DNA of 19,798 bases from Pedosphaera sp. (GCA_031414955.1 JANOQV010000096.1:1-19798), one strand, 5' to 3'. Positions 7,201 to 17,472 are shown, counted from the stretch's first letter. A program made the numbers and translations. The notes: generated by a model from the sequence alone, not told the origin.

Positions 7201-8293
7201 GGATCCCGACAACCGGATCCGGCATCAGCCTCAAGGCAGAAACAAAGCCGCGTTCGTTGTATTCCAGCAAGCTAAGCCGGCCCGCAGAATCAACGATACG
7301 AATGAGGCGTAGTTCAGCGTATTCAAGCGTTATCCGATTATTGTAGCGATCGCTGATGTGTCGCAGCGGGACCTTGACTGCTTCTTCAGGCGCAGAACCA
7401 ACCCAAGGAAAGTAGTGGGTAAGTCCGTCAAGATGTACCACAAAATAGCCTTCTGCCAGACGGCGCAATGTGAGTCGCCCCAGTTTGTTCCAAACAGAAC
7501 CGCCAACTGCAATAGGCTCAAATTCAAGGAACCGCCCGTTGTGATCGCGGTGTGCCACAAAATCGCGATGAACGATGAGTTGCGCTTCATAAGAATGCCG
7601 CCATGACCGGCCAAAGACACCGACGTCGGAACGGGCGGATGAATAGTTACGCGTGAACTCAAAGGGAATTCGTCCCGGTAGTTTCAAGTCAATGTTCTTC
7701 GTGAACAGCTTTCCCGTTGCCACGTCAACCGGATGGCCGGTGGCTGTACAGACATCCCGGTGAGCTTTCTCTCGATCTGCGCCAGGCGGCATATTCTTGC
7801 TGATCCATTTGTGGGCCGCAGCCGCGGCGGCCTTCATCGCGTCAGCCGATGCCTGTTCTCTCGCCTCATCACTGCCGCCACCGCCGCCGCCGACAAGCAC
7901 CGTCGCCGCAGTACCCATCACTTTGCCGACAGGCGTGTCCGAGGGGTCGGAGCACATCTGGCCGGTGTCGCCCAACATGGCCGCTTCTTTGCCCTCGTAA
8001 AAAACATTGGCCGAACCGGTGATAATCTCGCCCTCATTCTTGGGCGGCTTCTGAAAAGGCCCCGGCCCCATCGGAATGTGCGGTGGTGTGTGTTTGGATT
8101 TCGATCCCTTCACCGCGCCCGGTTGGCCCATGACTTTCACCTTGGTGGCTACCTTGTCCTTGATCATCGAAGCGCACGGATGCGGAATCGGCGTGGGAAT
8201 TGGTCCGCCCGGTGACGGAATCATGATGATATGCACGTCACCCGGCGTGGCACTCACGATCTGGTCCATCTTCTTGGCACCCGGCTTACCCAT
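4298..8293 (-). CDS. rhs: PAAR-like / DUF6531 / YD-repeat Rhs polymorphic toxin (1331 aa) with a putative ADP-ribosyltransferase-fold C-terminal domain
   Basis: N-terminal PAAR-like domain (aa ~1-136; GSANVFYEGKEAAMLGD, CSDP, TVLVGG). DUF6531-type GHPVDVATGKL...FTRNYSS...FGRSWRHSYE. Many YD repeats. Rhs core PGQYRDEETGLHYNYARYY...DPAGLAGGDNPYAYV...DPLGL. 131-aa C-terminal domain (4298-4693) with YHGT. Confidence 0.95.
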   Translation of the reverse strand: MGKPGAKKMDQIVSATPGDVHIIMIPSPGGPIPTPIPHPCASMIKDKVATKVKVMGQPGAVKGSKSKHTPPHIPMGPGPFQKPPKNEGEIITGSANVFYEGKEAAMLGDTGQMCSDPSDTPVGKVMGTAATVLVGGGGGGSDEAREQASADAMKAAAAAAHKWISKNMPPGADREKAHRDVCTATGHPVDVATGKLFTKNIDLKLPGRIPFEFTRNYSSARSDVGVFGRSWRHSYEAQLIVHRDFVAHRDHNGRFLEFEPIAVGGSVWNKLGRLTLRRLAEGYFVVHLDGLTHYFPWVGSAPEEAVKVPLRHISDRYNNRITLEYAELRLIRIVDSAGRLSLLEYNERGFVSALRLMPDPVVGIPQTIRTYAYSAEDDLIEVRDASGHSLRFAYANHLLVQEMDRAGFSFYFNYDQDGWCQETWGDGGILYRQMHYDRQKGMTRVTDSLGCSKTYEWTNLGVVTRETDHWGHSRVTKYNDSLQAIRVVDALGNASAYEYDDQGRLTAAEDPEGNSASFKWDLQGRLVLYTDLAGQKWQRSDGDSGGEVLTDPLGRVTTEFRDQRGNVTRICHPDGTETLCTYNASGDLTGVITPNGLRISRQHSATGDLLLKADQFGTRLEIVNDAMRRPERVLRRGRGGIWLQYDPEDRVLRVTEAKGRATEYEYTHFNKLKSIGQPAVTLADGRIVRRSKRFSYDTECRLTEIELAGGGKVVFHYEGYSRPMRVEYPDGRVQTYDRDARGFITKLFENGSLVYEQDSDSAGRVTRRLSGDGVELIYEYDAMGNLQSASGPDAQSLVEIERDEVGRVLSECGAFGAVQFSHEDARQEVSYNWEDQLQLVFRSNVSQAGKTLEAVRNGTADMRLEYDSENRLRCAEFASGDRYELDYGSGPRPTQRREVDADGATRTEDFSYDANGWLESVEVKGGIKQQYERDDLDRLTAVVVQDNGKPRRQCWGYDSSENRILATDAQGEQYRQVFLPGHRPHQVGGDYFEYDQRGRVTSLTNAKQQTTRYVWDAGGRLKQVQLPNGESVEMRYDALGRRIEKVSSRGTTRFGWFGNRMVHEELPTGETRHYVYHTESFSPLACYLSGSDGVYRLHPFFNDLRGAPVRMNNHQGKVVWEKDVGPWGESSETGSTGFAQPIAMPGQYRDEETGLHYNYARYYLPQAGAYLSPDPAGLAGGDNPYAYVADPICWSDPLGLSADDGCGTETVSIYHGTLDENALRATGFTTVNSRGDPVQPPFVCISTDQSAADDAAFTTKRPTGDAPAVLEGKMSQEEWDRLHRETDSSGTKHLTTNPYTGWGTVGSTETKARTPEGVAALNKAFGLPGGG

Positions 8294-9440
8294 GATTTTC
8301 CTTCTGGTTCGGGCGGTGCATGGCGCGGGTGCGTCGCTCGGGGTCTGTCAGCGCGGTCACGTAAAGCGGCTTGGCTTGGACCTGCGGCCGCGTGACATCT
8401 TTCGGACCAAACGCCACGGGAATGGTTTCGGGCCAGCGCGCATGATCGGTGCGGCAACGGACAAGGCTTTCCTTGGTGAGTTCTGTCCAGTAGAGGTCCG
8501 ACTCGCGCAGATCGGTTTTATCAAAAATCGCACCCGCCAGGTCCGCGCCAACAAGGCTGGCTCGAAGCAGCTTCGCCCCCGTCAGCCGCGCGCCGCGCAA
8601 GTCCGAGAACTCAAACGAACTGTCAGCGGCAGTGATGTCCTGGAGATTTGAACCCTGCAAGGTGCATCGTTCTATCGTGGCGCCCGTCAGGTCCGCGCCC
8701 TGCAGATCGCAGTGGCTCAAATCGCAGCGTCTGAGGTCCGCATTGGGCAAGCGCGCCCGCTTGAGATTCGAGCCGGCGAAAATGATCTTCTCGATGATCG
8801 CGTCGTTAAAATCGGCTTCTTCCAAATTTGCTTCGATCACCAGGGTTTCCTTGAGCACGGCGGTCTTAAACTTCGCCCCGCGTAGATTTGCCCGGGAGAG
8901 ATTTGCCTTGGTCAGTTGCGCGTCAACAAAACTGACCCCGGGCAGGTTGGCACCGATGAGACAAGCCTCGTCCAAGACCGCAATCTCGCACCAAGCTCCA
9001 GCAAGGTCGGCTTGATCAAGCGAGGCCTTGGAAAGATTCGCTTCCCCGAGCCGGGCTTTAACAAGGTTCGCGCCGCTGAGATCGGCCCGAGTGAGATCCG
9101 CCTGTTCGAGGCATGCCTCGCGCAGGTTGGCCTTTTTCAAATTGGCCCCAGTCAACGTCGCCATGGTCAGATTCGCGCCTTGAAGGTCAGCGTTCTCCAA
9201 GTTGGCGTCCGACAAGGTCGCGCCTTCAAGGTTGGCTTTTGAAAGTTTTGCGCCTTTCAAGTTTGCTCCGCTCAGGTCGCGACCAGCGAGGTCCTTGCCG
9301 GAAAAGTCCCGGCTTGAAAGGTCCGCCCCGGCCAACTCCTCCTGCTCCTGAAGGGACTCCTCAACTTTCTCTTCCAGCATGTCGGTCGGTTGTTCCGATG
9401 CGGCTTCGACTTGCAAATTGGATCCGGGATTTTCGGCCAT
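8286..9440 (-). CDS. Pentapeptide-repeat protein (384 aa)
   Basis: Long run of A(D/N)Lxx repeats (ANLKG AKLSK ANLEG ATLSD ANLEN ADLQG...). Overlaps the rhs start by 8 nt. GAGGAG SD upstream. Confidence 0.95.
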   Translation of the reverse strand: MAENPGSNLQVEAASEQPTDMLEEKVEESLQEQEELAGADLSSRDFSGKDLAGRDLSGANLKGAKLSKANLEGATLSDANLENADLQGANLTMATLTGANLKKANLREACLEQADLTRADLSGANLVKARLGEANLSKASLDQADLAGAWCEIAVLDEACLIGANLPGVSFVDAQLTKANLSRANLRGAKFKTAVLKETLVIEANLEEADFNDAIIEKIIFAGSNLKRARLPNADLRRCDLSHCDLQGADLTGATIERCTLQGSNLQDITAADSSFEFSDLRGARLTGAKLLRASLVGADLAGAIFDKTDLRESDLYWTELTKESLVRCRTDHARWPETIPVAFGPKDVTRPQVQAKPLYVTALTDPERRTRAMHRPNQKENHG

Positions 9441-9449
9441 GCCTGCTCC

Positions 9450-12026
9450 TCAGTTCAACTTGATCGGCGCTCCCTTGACTGTGACCGGGCCGGAGCCGTT
9501 GATGTTTATCTTCGCGCCTTTGAGCACGATGTTGCCATTCTTCGACATGGAGATGCTGGCGCTACCGCACTTCAAGAAAATCTGCTCGGCGGACTTGACG
9601 AAAACCTTCTTCTTTTTAGCGTCCAAGACAATGTCCTTGTCCTCGGCAGTAATATTGACCGCTTCTTTGCCGGTGATAAGAACATTCTTTTTGCTGGCTT
9701 TGATGTTGATGTCTTTCGTCTCGGCTTCAAGGTTGATGTTTTGTTTGGCCTTGACCTGAATGTCCTTGTTTTGGGCCTCAATGGTGATGTTCTTAACCTT
9801 GGTGGAGAGGGTCATGCTCCACAGCGCGTGGGCGTTGACATCTTTCATGGCCCACAGTTCGATGTTCGGAATCTGCGGCAAGAGTCCCTCCACCAATTTT
9901 TTCGCCGACTCCACGGCGTCCGCCGCAGCGCCGGCCATGGCCATGAAGGCGGCGGCAACAATAGCAGGCGAGGCTCCGGCTTCAAGGGCACTCTTAAAAT
10001 TCGACGCCGCCTCACCCGCCTTACCGCCGGCGGTTTCAACACCCGAAGCATTTTCACCCGCTTGTGTGGATAAGGAAGAAAGTTCTGCCGCGCCCGCTTC
10101 AATTGCGGGTGATAACGCCGCCAATCCCGCCATGCCCGTGTTCTGCGCCCCGGCCACCGCGTTTCCCGCACCGCCTCCGGCCGCAGCTTCTGCCGCAGTC
10201 TGGCCGCCTCCCTTCTTGATCGCCGCAGCCGCGTCCTTGGCCCCGCTCTCGATCAGGGCGGCCACGAAATTCATCGCCTTCAGGTGAATCCCAAGATTAG
10301 TGTGCAACTGGTACGAGCCGCCGGCGGACAAAGCCATGTTCTTGCCGGAGTTGGTCGTGATATTTTTGCCCGCCTTGTCGGTGATGTTGTCGTCCGCGGT
10401 GCGGGAAATATCGGCCCCGGCGTTGCGGCTGATGCTGCCGCCAGCGTTGCTGGAAATGCTGGCTCCAACCGTTTCGTTTTCGTTGTTCTTGATCCTGATG
10501 GTCCAGTCTTTTTCCCCGTGGAGAAAGACTTCCTCGCTCCCCTTCTTGTCCTCGAAACGGATTTCGTTGAAGTTGGCATCGGTGCCGCCCTTGGTGGAAC
10601 GGCTCTTGAGGCCGCTTTGGGTTTTGTTGGCGGGAAGGTCGTAGGGCACAACGGTCTTCGCGTTGTAAACCCGGCCGGTCACGATCGGCCGGTCGGGATC
10701 ACCTTCGAGGAATTCCACGATCACTTCCTGGCCCATGCGCGGGATGTGGATGCCACCCCATTTTTCGCCGGCCCAGCCCATTTGGGTCACGCGCACCCAA
10801 CACGACGAGTTCTCATCTTTCTTGCCGTGGCGGTCCCAGTGGAACTGAAGTTTGATCCGCCCAAACTCATCAGTGTGAATTTCCTCGCCCGACGGCCCGA
10901 CGACGATGGCCGTTTGCGGACCCTGAATCATCGGTTTGGGCGTGAGGCGCGGTGCGCGATAAGGCTGGTCAAAGGGAATGCAGGTGAAGCTGCAGGAGAA
11001 GTACTCTCCTTCGTCGGTCTGGCCGGACTCGTAGTCGCCGGTTGAGATGTGGATGGAGGTGGAGGTGAGCAGGTAGGGACGGTTTTGATCGTCGCGCGGA
11101 TGATCGCTCAGGGCGAACTTGGCCCCAGTGGCCACGCCGCGCGCGCTGGCCTGGCCACGCAGAATCTCGAACTGCGCCTGGAGTTCCTGGATGCGGACCT
11201 TGGCGTAAGCCTCGGCCTCAGAGGATTCCTCATATTCGCCGGGGTAATCGAAGAACTCGAAGTCGGCCCTGGCATGTTCCCGGGTGATGGGGGCGTTGGC
11301 CGTCAGCGGTAGCGAAGGTTTCTTGAAATTGAAATCCTTGAGCGCATACACGCCGGTCTGCACCTCCTTCTCGATGGTCCAGTCGGTGACGGTTTCTTCA
11401 CTGGCCTCGGATTCCTTGCCGGGCGGGTGGTAGCGGATGCTGTCGTAAGTGCCGAAGGCGGTGTGAGCGGAGGGTGAATCACAAATGATCAGCTTATGCT
11501 GGGACTCTTCATGCTCGAAGAAAAAGTAGATGCCCTCCTGCTCCATGAGGCGGCAGACGAAGTTGAAGTCGGTTTCGCGGTACTGCACGCAATACTCCCA
11601 AGGTTGGTAGGAGCCGCTCAAGCGCAGTTCGTAATCGTTCAACCCGTGTCCGTCGAAGACCGCCTTGAGGATGTCTGGAATGGCCTGATTCTGAAAGATG
11701 CGACAGTCGGAGGAACGTGTCAGCAACCAGAGCCACGGGACGATGGTGGCGCGATACGTGGCGTGGCGTCCTTCGCCCTGCGTCTGCACGAAGCGGCTCA
11801 CAATGCCGTGGAACCAGCGCTTGCTGTCGTCCGCCAGATCCAGCCGCACGGCGGCTTTCTGGCCGATGACGTCCTCGAACTTGATGGCCGGATCCTCGCT
11901 GCTCAGTTCGAGATCGAACTGGAACAAGCGGCTCATCTGCTCGGTAGCCGCAAACGATTTGAGGAGCAGCGCATCCGCCCCCGAAGGAGGGATGAACTCG
12001 ACGAACTTGTTAGATTGAGTCGGCAT
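9450..12026 (-). CDS. vgrG: Type VI secretion spike protein VgrG/TssI (858 aa) with extended C-terminus
   Basis: EQMSRLFQFDLEL, PWLWLLTRSSDCRIFQ, YCVQYRETDFNFVCRLMEQEGIYFFFEH, GPQTAIVVGPSGEEIHTDEFGRIKLQFHWDR, SSCWVRV, IPRMGQEVIVEFLEGDPDRPIVTGRVYN, FNEIRFEDKKGSEEVFLHGEKD; C-terminal LKCGSASISM..G.I tip. AAGGA SD upstream. Confidence 0.97.
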   Translation of the reverse strand: MPTQSNKFVEFIPPSGADALLLKSFAATEQMSRLFQFDLELSSEDPAIKFEDVIGQKAAVRLDLADDSKRWFHGIVSRFVQTQGEGRHATYRATIVPWLWLLTRSSDCRIFQNQAIPDILKAVFDGHGLNDYELRLSGSYQPWEYCVQYRETDFNFVCRLMEQEGIYFFFEHEESQHKLIICDSPSAHTAFGTYDSIRYHPPGKESEASEETVTDWTIEKEVQTGVYALKDFNFKKPSLPLTANAPITREHARADFEFFDYPGEYEESSEAEAYAKVRIQELQAQFEILRGQASARGVATGAKFALSDHPRDDQNRPYLLTSTSIHISTGDYESGQTDEGEYFSCSFTCIPFDQPYRAPRLTPKPMIQGPQTAIVVGPSGEEIHTDEFGRIKLQFHWDRHGKKDENSSCWVRVTQMGWAGEKWGGIHIPRMGQEVIVEFLEGDPDRPIVTGRVYNAKTVVPYDLPANKTQSGLKSRSTKGGTDANFNEIRFEDKKGSEEVFLHGEKDWTIRIKNNENETVGASISSNAGGSISRNAGADISRTADDNITDKAGKNITTNSGKNMALSAGGSYQLHTNLGIHLKAMNFVAALIESGAKDAAAAIKKGGGQTAAEAAAGGGAGNAVAGAQNTGMAGLAALSPAIEAGAAELSSLSTQAGENASGVETAGGKAGEAASNFKSALEAGASPAIVAAAFMAMAGAAADAVESAKKLVEGLLPQIPNIELWAMKDVNAHALWSMTLSTKVKNITIEAQNKDIQVKAKQNINLEAETKDINIKASKKNVLITGKEAVNITAEDKDIVLDAKKKKVFVKSAEQIFLKCGSASISMSKNGNIVLKGAKININGSGPVTVKGAPIKLN

Positions 12027-12364
12027 GAACTCAAATCCTTCCGAATGACGGCTGAATTTTGAGGAGATACAGTGTTGGTGTGTCCTGTGTTCTCATTGCG
12101 GAATTTGAAACGGGCGGCTCTCCAAGTGCAAGAAACAAAGCGTGTGAAGGCAAGATCAGACCCCCCAGACCTGCGGGAGTCGCGACGCGTGCGGCCGTTT
12201 CGTATGCTCCAGCAAAAACGCGGATCGAACTGGCACCGAGGCTTGAAGTCCCGGCCTCTTCCGACTGTTTGGAAGGCCCGTGAGGAGAGAGCCGGGAGGA
12301 TGGCCGACCGGACTCATTGTTTCGAGATCATTCGTTTCGTCGCCTTGGAGTTCGGAACCACCGC

Positions 12365-12392
12365 TTGCTCTTCCCGCGCTCGTGGCTATGTT
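12365..12392 (+). promoter_or_regulatory. Putative sigma70-type promoter giving a leaderless transcript for the 12400 gene
   Basis: TTGCTC (12365-70), 16 nt, TATGTT (12387-92), then 7 nt to ATG 12400. No SD. Confidence 0.45.
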
Positions 12393-12399
12393 CGCGGGC

Positions 12400-12606
12400 A
12401 TGGACTGGCAGCAGATTATTGCCCTGCTTATTGTCGCCACCGCGGCGGCACTCCTCATCCGGAGCCGGGTGCGGCGGCGCAAATTCCAGTTTGGGCGCGA
12501 TACGCATTGCGGGTGCAGTTCTCCTGCGGAGGTTTCGCCGCGGTCCTCCATCGTGTTCCACGCGCGCAAGGGTGAACCCACGCGCATCTACGTGAAGATG
12601 AAATGA
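12400..12606 (+). CDS. Small membrane protein (68 aa) resembling FeoB-associated Cys-rich membrane proteins
   Basis: MDWQQIIALLIVATAAALLIRSRVRRRKFQFGRDTHCGCSS...: N-terminal TM helix, basic stretch, HCGC motif. The true start is taken as internal to track ORF 12280..12606. Confidence 0.75.
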   Translation: MDWQQIIALLIVATAAALLIRSRVRRRKFQFGRDTHCGCSSPAEVSPRSSIVFHARKGEPTRIYVKMK

Positions 12607-12614
12607 GACCACAC

Positions 12615-12643
12615 TTGCGCGCTCCCGGACGGTGGGATAGCTT
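12615..12643 (+). promoter_or_regulatory. Putative sigma70-type promoter for hsp20-lon
   Basis: TTGCGC (12615-20), 17 nt, TAGCTT (12638-43), 18 nt before ATG 12662. Confidence 0.45.
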
Positions 12644-12661
12644 CGACCACAAGCGAACCCG

Positions 12662-13069
12662 ATGTTCAAAGTGAATTCTGCGATCTACAACTGGCGGGCC
12701 GGTAAGACCGGCAACGCTCTGGCCGAGGCGCATTGGGGTCCCAACACCGACGTTTATGTCTCCGACGATTTGCTCGTGATCAAGGTCGAGCTGGCCGGGA
12801 TGCGCAAGGAGGATTTGGAACTCACGGTGGAGGACAATTTTCTGACCATCACCGGCCATCGCCCCGATGGCTGCCGCGCCCCGAAGTGCAAATTTCTGGT
12901 CATGGAAATTAATTACGGTTCTTTCCAAAGCGTGATCGAACTGCCTCCGGGGTACAATTTGAACGAGGCCAAGGCCGCTTATCAAAACGGCTTCCTGCGG
13001 GTGGATGTTCCGCAAGGTCGCCCGGCGGCGAAGAAGCGCGTCACGATTTTCCCCGGCCAGGAGAGCTAG
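12662..13069 (+). CDS. Hsp20/alpha-crystallin family small heat-shock protein
   Basis: WGPNTDVY...IKVELAGMRKEDLELTVEDNFLTITGHR...EINYGSFQSVIELP...AAYQNGFLRVDVP. Common position upstream of lon. Confidence 0.93.
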   Translation: MFKVNSAIYNWRAGKTGNALAEAHWGPNTDVYVSDDLLVIKVELAGMRKEDLELTVEDNFLTITGHRPDGCRAPKCKFLVMEINYGSFQSVIELPPGYNLNEAKAAYQNGFLRVDVPQGRPAAKKRVTIFPGQES

Positions 13070-13105
13070 TCGGCGGATTCCGAGTTCAAGGGCTGGCGGA
13101 ATCAC

Positions 13106-15513
<2,408 letters not shown>

Positions 15514-15517
<4 letters not shown>

Positions 15518-16287
15518 GAACCGGCCATTGCCAGCGACGCGTGACGGCGAGGCTTAGGGTGGTGGCTGGATTGCTGGCCTGTCTCGGCGCTGTTTTTCTC
15601 TACGCTGCCGCTCCGGCTCCGCTGAACGATCCTGTCGAAGGCCGGAAGCTCGCGCAGGAAATGCTGGCCGTGCAACCGGCGGAGAACCTCGAGTTCTCCG
15701 GCGTGATGAAAATGGCCCGCCCCAACGCCGACGAGAAAATTCTGCCCCTGCGCACCAAGGTCATCCTGGTGTCGGACGCGGCGTGGAAATCCATTTACGA
15801 GGCGCGTCTGCCGAATGGCGGTGTCGAATCCCTGACCATCCTGCACACGCGTGGCCGGTCGCCAGCTTATGAGTTGCGCCGGGGCGACGCGGTGGACGCG
15901 GTCCTGGAGACCAACAGCGCGGCGAGCTTCGCCGGCTCGGAATTTACACTCTTTGACCTTGGACTGGGTTTTATCCACTGGCCGACCCAGATTCTTCACA
16001 CCCGTGAAATGCGCAAGGGCCGGGGATGTGACGTGCTGGAGAGCCGGCCCGCTGGGGTCGCTCCCTACTCCAGCGTGCGCACTTGGATTGACCAGGAGAG
16101 CCGCAGCCAGGGCCAACCGGGCGTGCTCGTGGTCGAGGCGCGTGATGGCCAGGGTTCGCCGTTCAAAGAGTTCGAAATCAAGAGCATGAAAAAGGTCGCC
16201 GGCCAGTGGCAGGTGCAGGAGATGGAACTGCGCAACCGCGAGACCAAAGCCCGCACTCGACTTCTCTTCGACTTCGACAAAAAGTGA
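15514..16287 (+). CDS. Exported LolA-like 'outer-membrane lipoprotein-sorting protein'
   Basis: Signal-peptide-like N-terminus; FAGSEFTLFDL, CDVLESRP...YSSVRTWID, GQWQVQEMELRN pattern. ATGA overlap with lon. Start could be slightly downstream. Confidence 0.7.
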
Positions 16288-16290
16288 GCC

Positions 16291-17472
16291 ATGCCACCAC
16301 TGCTCCGCCTTGCGCTTCTCGCTTTCGCGGCCTTGGGCTTGCTGAGTTTCATCGCCTGGCTCTTTGTGCGCTCCTTTCGCCGCAGTGACGATCCGGTCAA
16401 ACTGCTCGTCAAATGGGTCGTCACGCTGATCTGCGCCGGAGTGATCGGCTGGGTGGCCCGCGGTGGTGGCTACGCCGCCATCGGAGCGGTGCTGCTCACG
16501 GTGCCGATCGGCATCGTGCTGGCGATCTTGTGGGCACCGCATGTCGGGAGCGCGCTCTTCAGTTCCATTACCTCTGCGCTGGACGGAGGCAACGAGGAGG
16601 CGGATCCCGTCCCGCTCTACTCCACCTGTGAGGCGCTGCGCCGGCGCGGAAAATTCCGCGAGGCCATCTACGCCATCCAGGAACAGTTGCAGAAGTTTCC
16701 CAATGATTTCGCCGGCCAGCTTATGGTGGCGGAAATCCAGGCTGAGAATCTGAACGATCTCCAGGCCGCCCAGATCGCCATCCACCGGATTTGCCAGCAG
16801 AAGAATCACGCCCCGGCCAGCCTCGTCTTCGCTCTGAACTCACTTGCCGACTGGCATCTGCGCTTCGCTCAGGACGCGGAGGCGGCTCGCGCCGCGCTGG
16901 AAAAAATCATCAAGCTGCTCCCGGATACAGAGTTCGAGCGCACCGCCGCCAACCGCATCGCCCACCTCGGCAGCCGTTCCGTGCTGCTGCAATCCCATGA
17001 GCCGGACAAGCTGATCTTGAAACCCGGGGTCGAGTATCTCGGCCTGCTCAAGGATCAGTCCCACCTGCGACCCAAGGAGCAATCGTGGCCCGAGGAAGCG
17101 GAGGAACTGGCGGCTCATCTCGGCCTGCATCCGCTCGATAATGAAGCCCGCGAGCGACTGGCCATCATCTACGCTCGCCACTATGGCCAACTTGATCTGG
17201 CGACCGAACAGATCGAGCACCTGGTGGCTCGGTCTGGCGAATCTCCCAAACATGTGGCCCGGTGGCTGAACTTGCTCGCGGATCTGCAAATCGAAGTCAC
17301 CAACCAGACCGGACTCGCGGAGCAAACCTTGCGACGAATTGTCGATCTCTTCCCCAACCAGGCTCCGGCCGAACTGGCCGGGCTGCGCCTTGGTTCGTTG
17401 GCCCTGGAATTGAAACACTTTGAAAAGCCCCGGGTGGTAAAGTTCGGGCCGGGGGCGGGCGAAAGGCGGTAG
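16291..17472 (+). CDS. Membrane-anchored TPR-like helical-repeat protein (393 aa)
   Basis: About three N-terminal TM segments, then TPR-like helices (AIYAIQEQLQKFPNDF, ARAALEKIIKLLPDT, AEQTLRRIVDLFPNQ). Confidence 0.8.
   Translation: MPPLLRLALLAFAALGLLSFIAWLFVRSFRRSDDPVKLLVKWVVTLICAGVIGWVARGGGYAAIGAVLLTVPIGIVLAILWAPHVGSALFSSITSALDGGNEEADPVPLYSTCEALRRRGKFREAIYAIQEQLQKFPNDFAGQLMVAEIQAENLNDLQAAQIAIHRICQQKNHAPASLVFALNSLADWHLRFAQDAEAARAALEKIIKLLPDTEFERTAANRIAHLGSRSVLLQSHEPDKLILKPGVEYLGLLKDQSHLRPKEQSWPEEAEELAAHLGLHPLDNEARERLAIIYARHYGQLDLATEQIEHLVARSGESPKHVARWLNLLADLQIEVTNQTGLAEQTLRRIVDLFPNQAPAELAGLRLGSLALELKHFEKPRVVKFGPGAGERR

Noticed and set aside
8500..9340. Periodic ~15-nt DNA repeats
   Set aside because: Explained by pentapeptide coding repeats; no repeat-spacer structure, so not CRISPR.
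12149..12167. Minus-strand GG-N10-GC (GGGGTCTGATCTTGCC) upstream of vgrG; also resembles an IS3 end (GGCAAGATCA) on the plus strand
   Set aside because: Only the minimal dinucleotides match the sigma54 consensus, and there is no transposase remnant or longer IR match.
12231..12247. TGGCACCGAGGCTTGAA as a possible sigma54 promoter
   Set aside because: Spacing is off by one, the -12 GC is missing, and it points away from vgrG.
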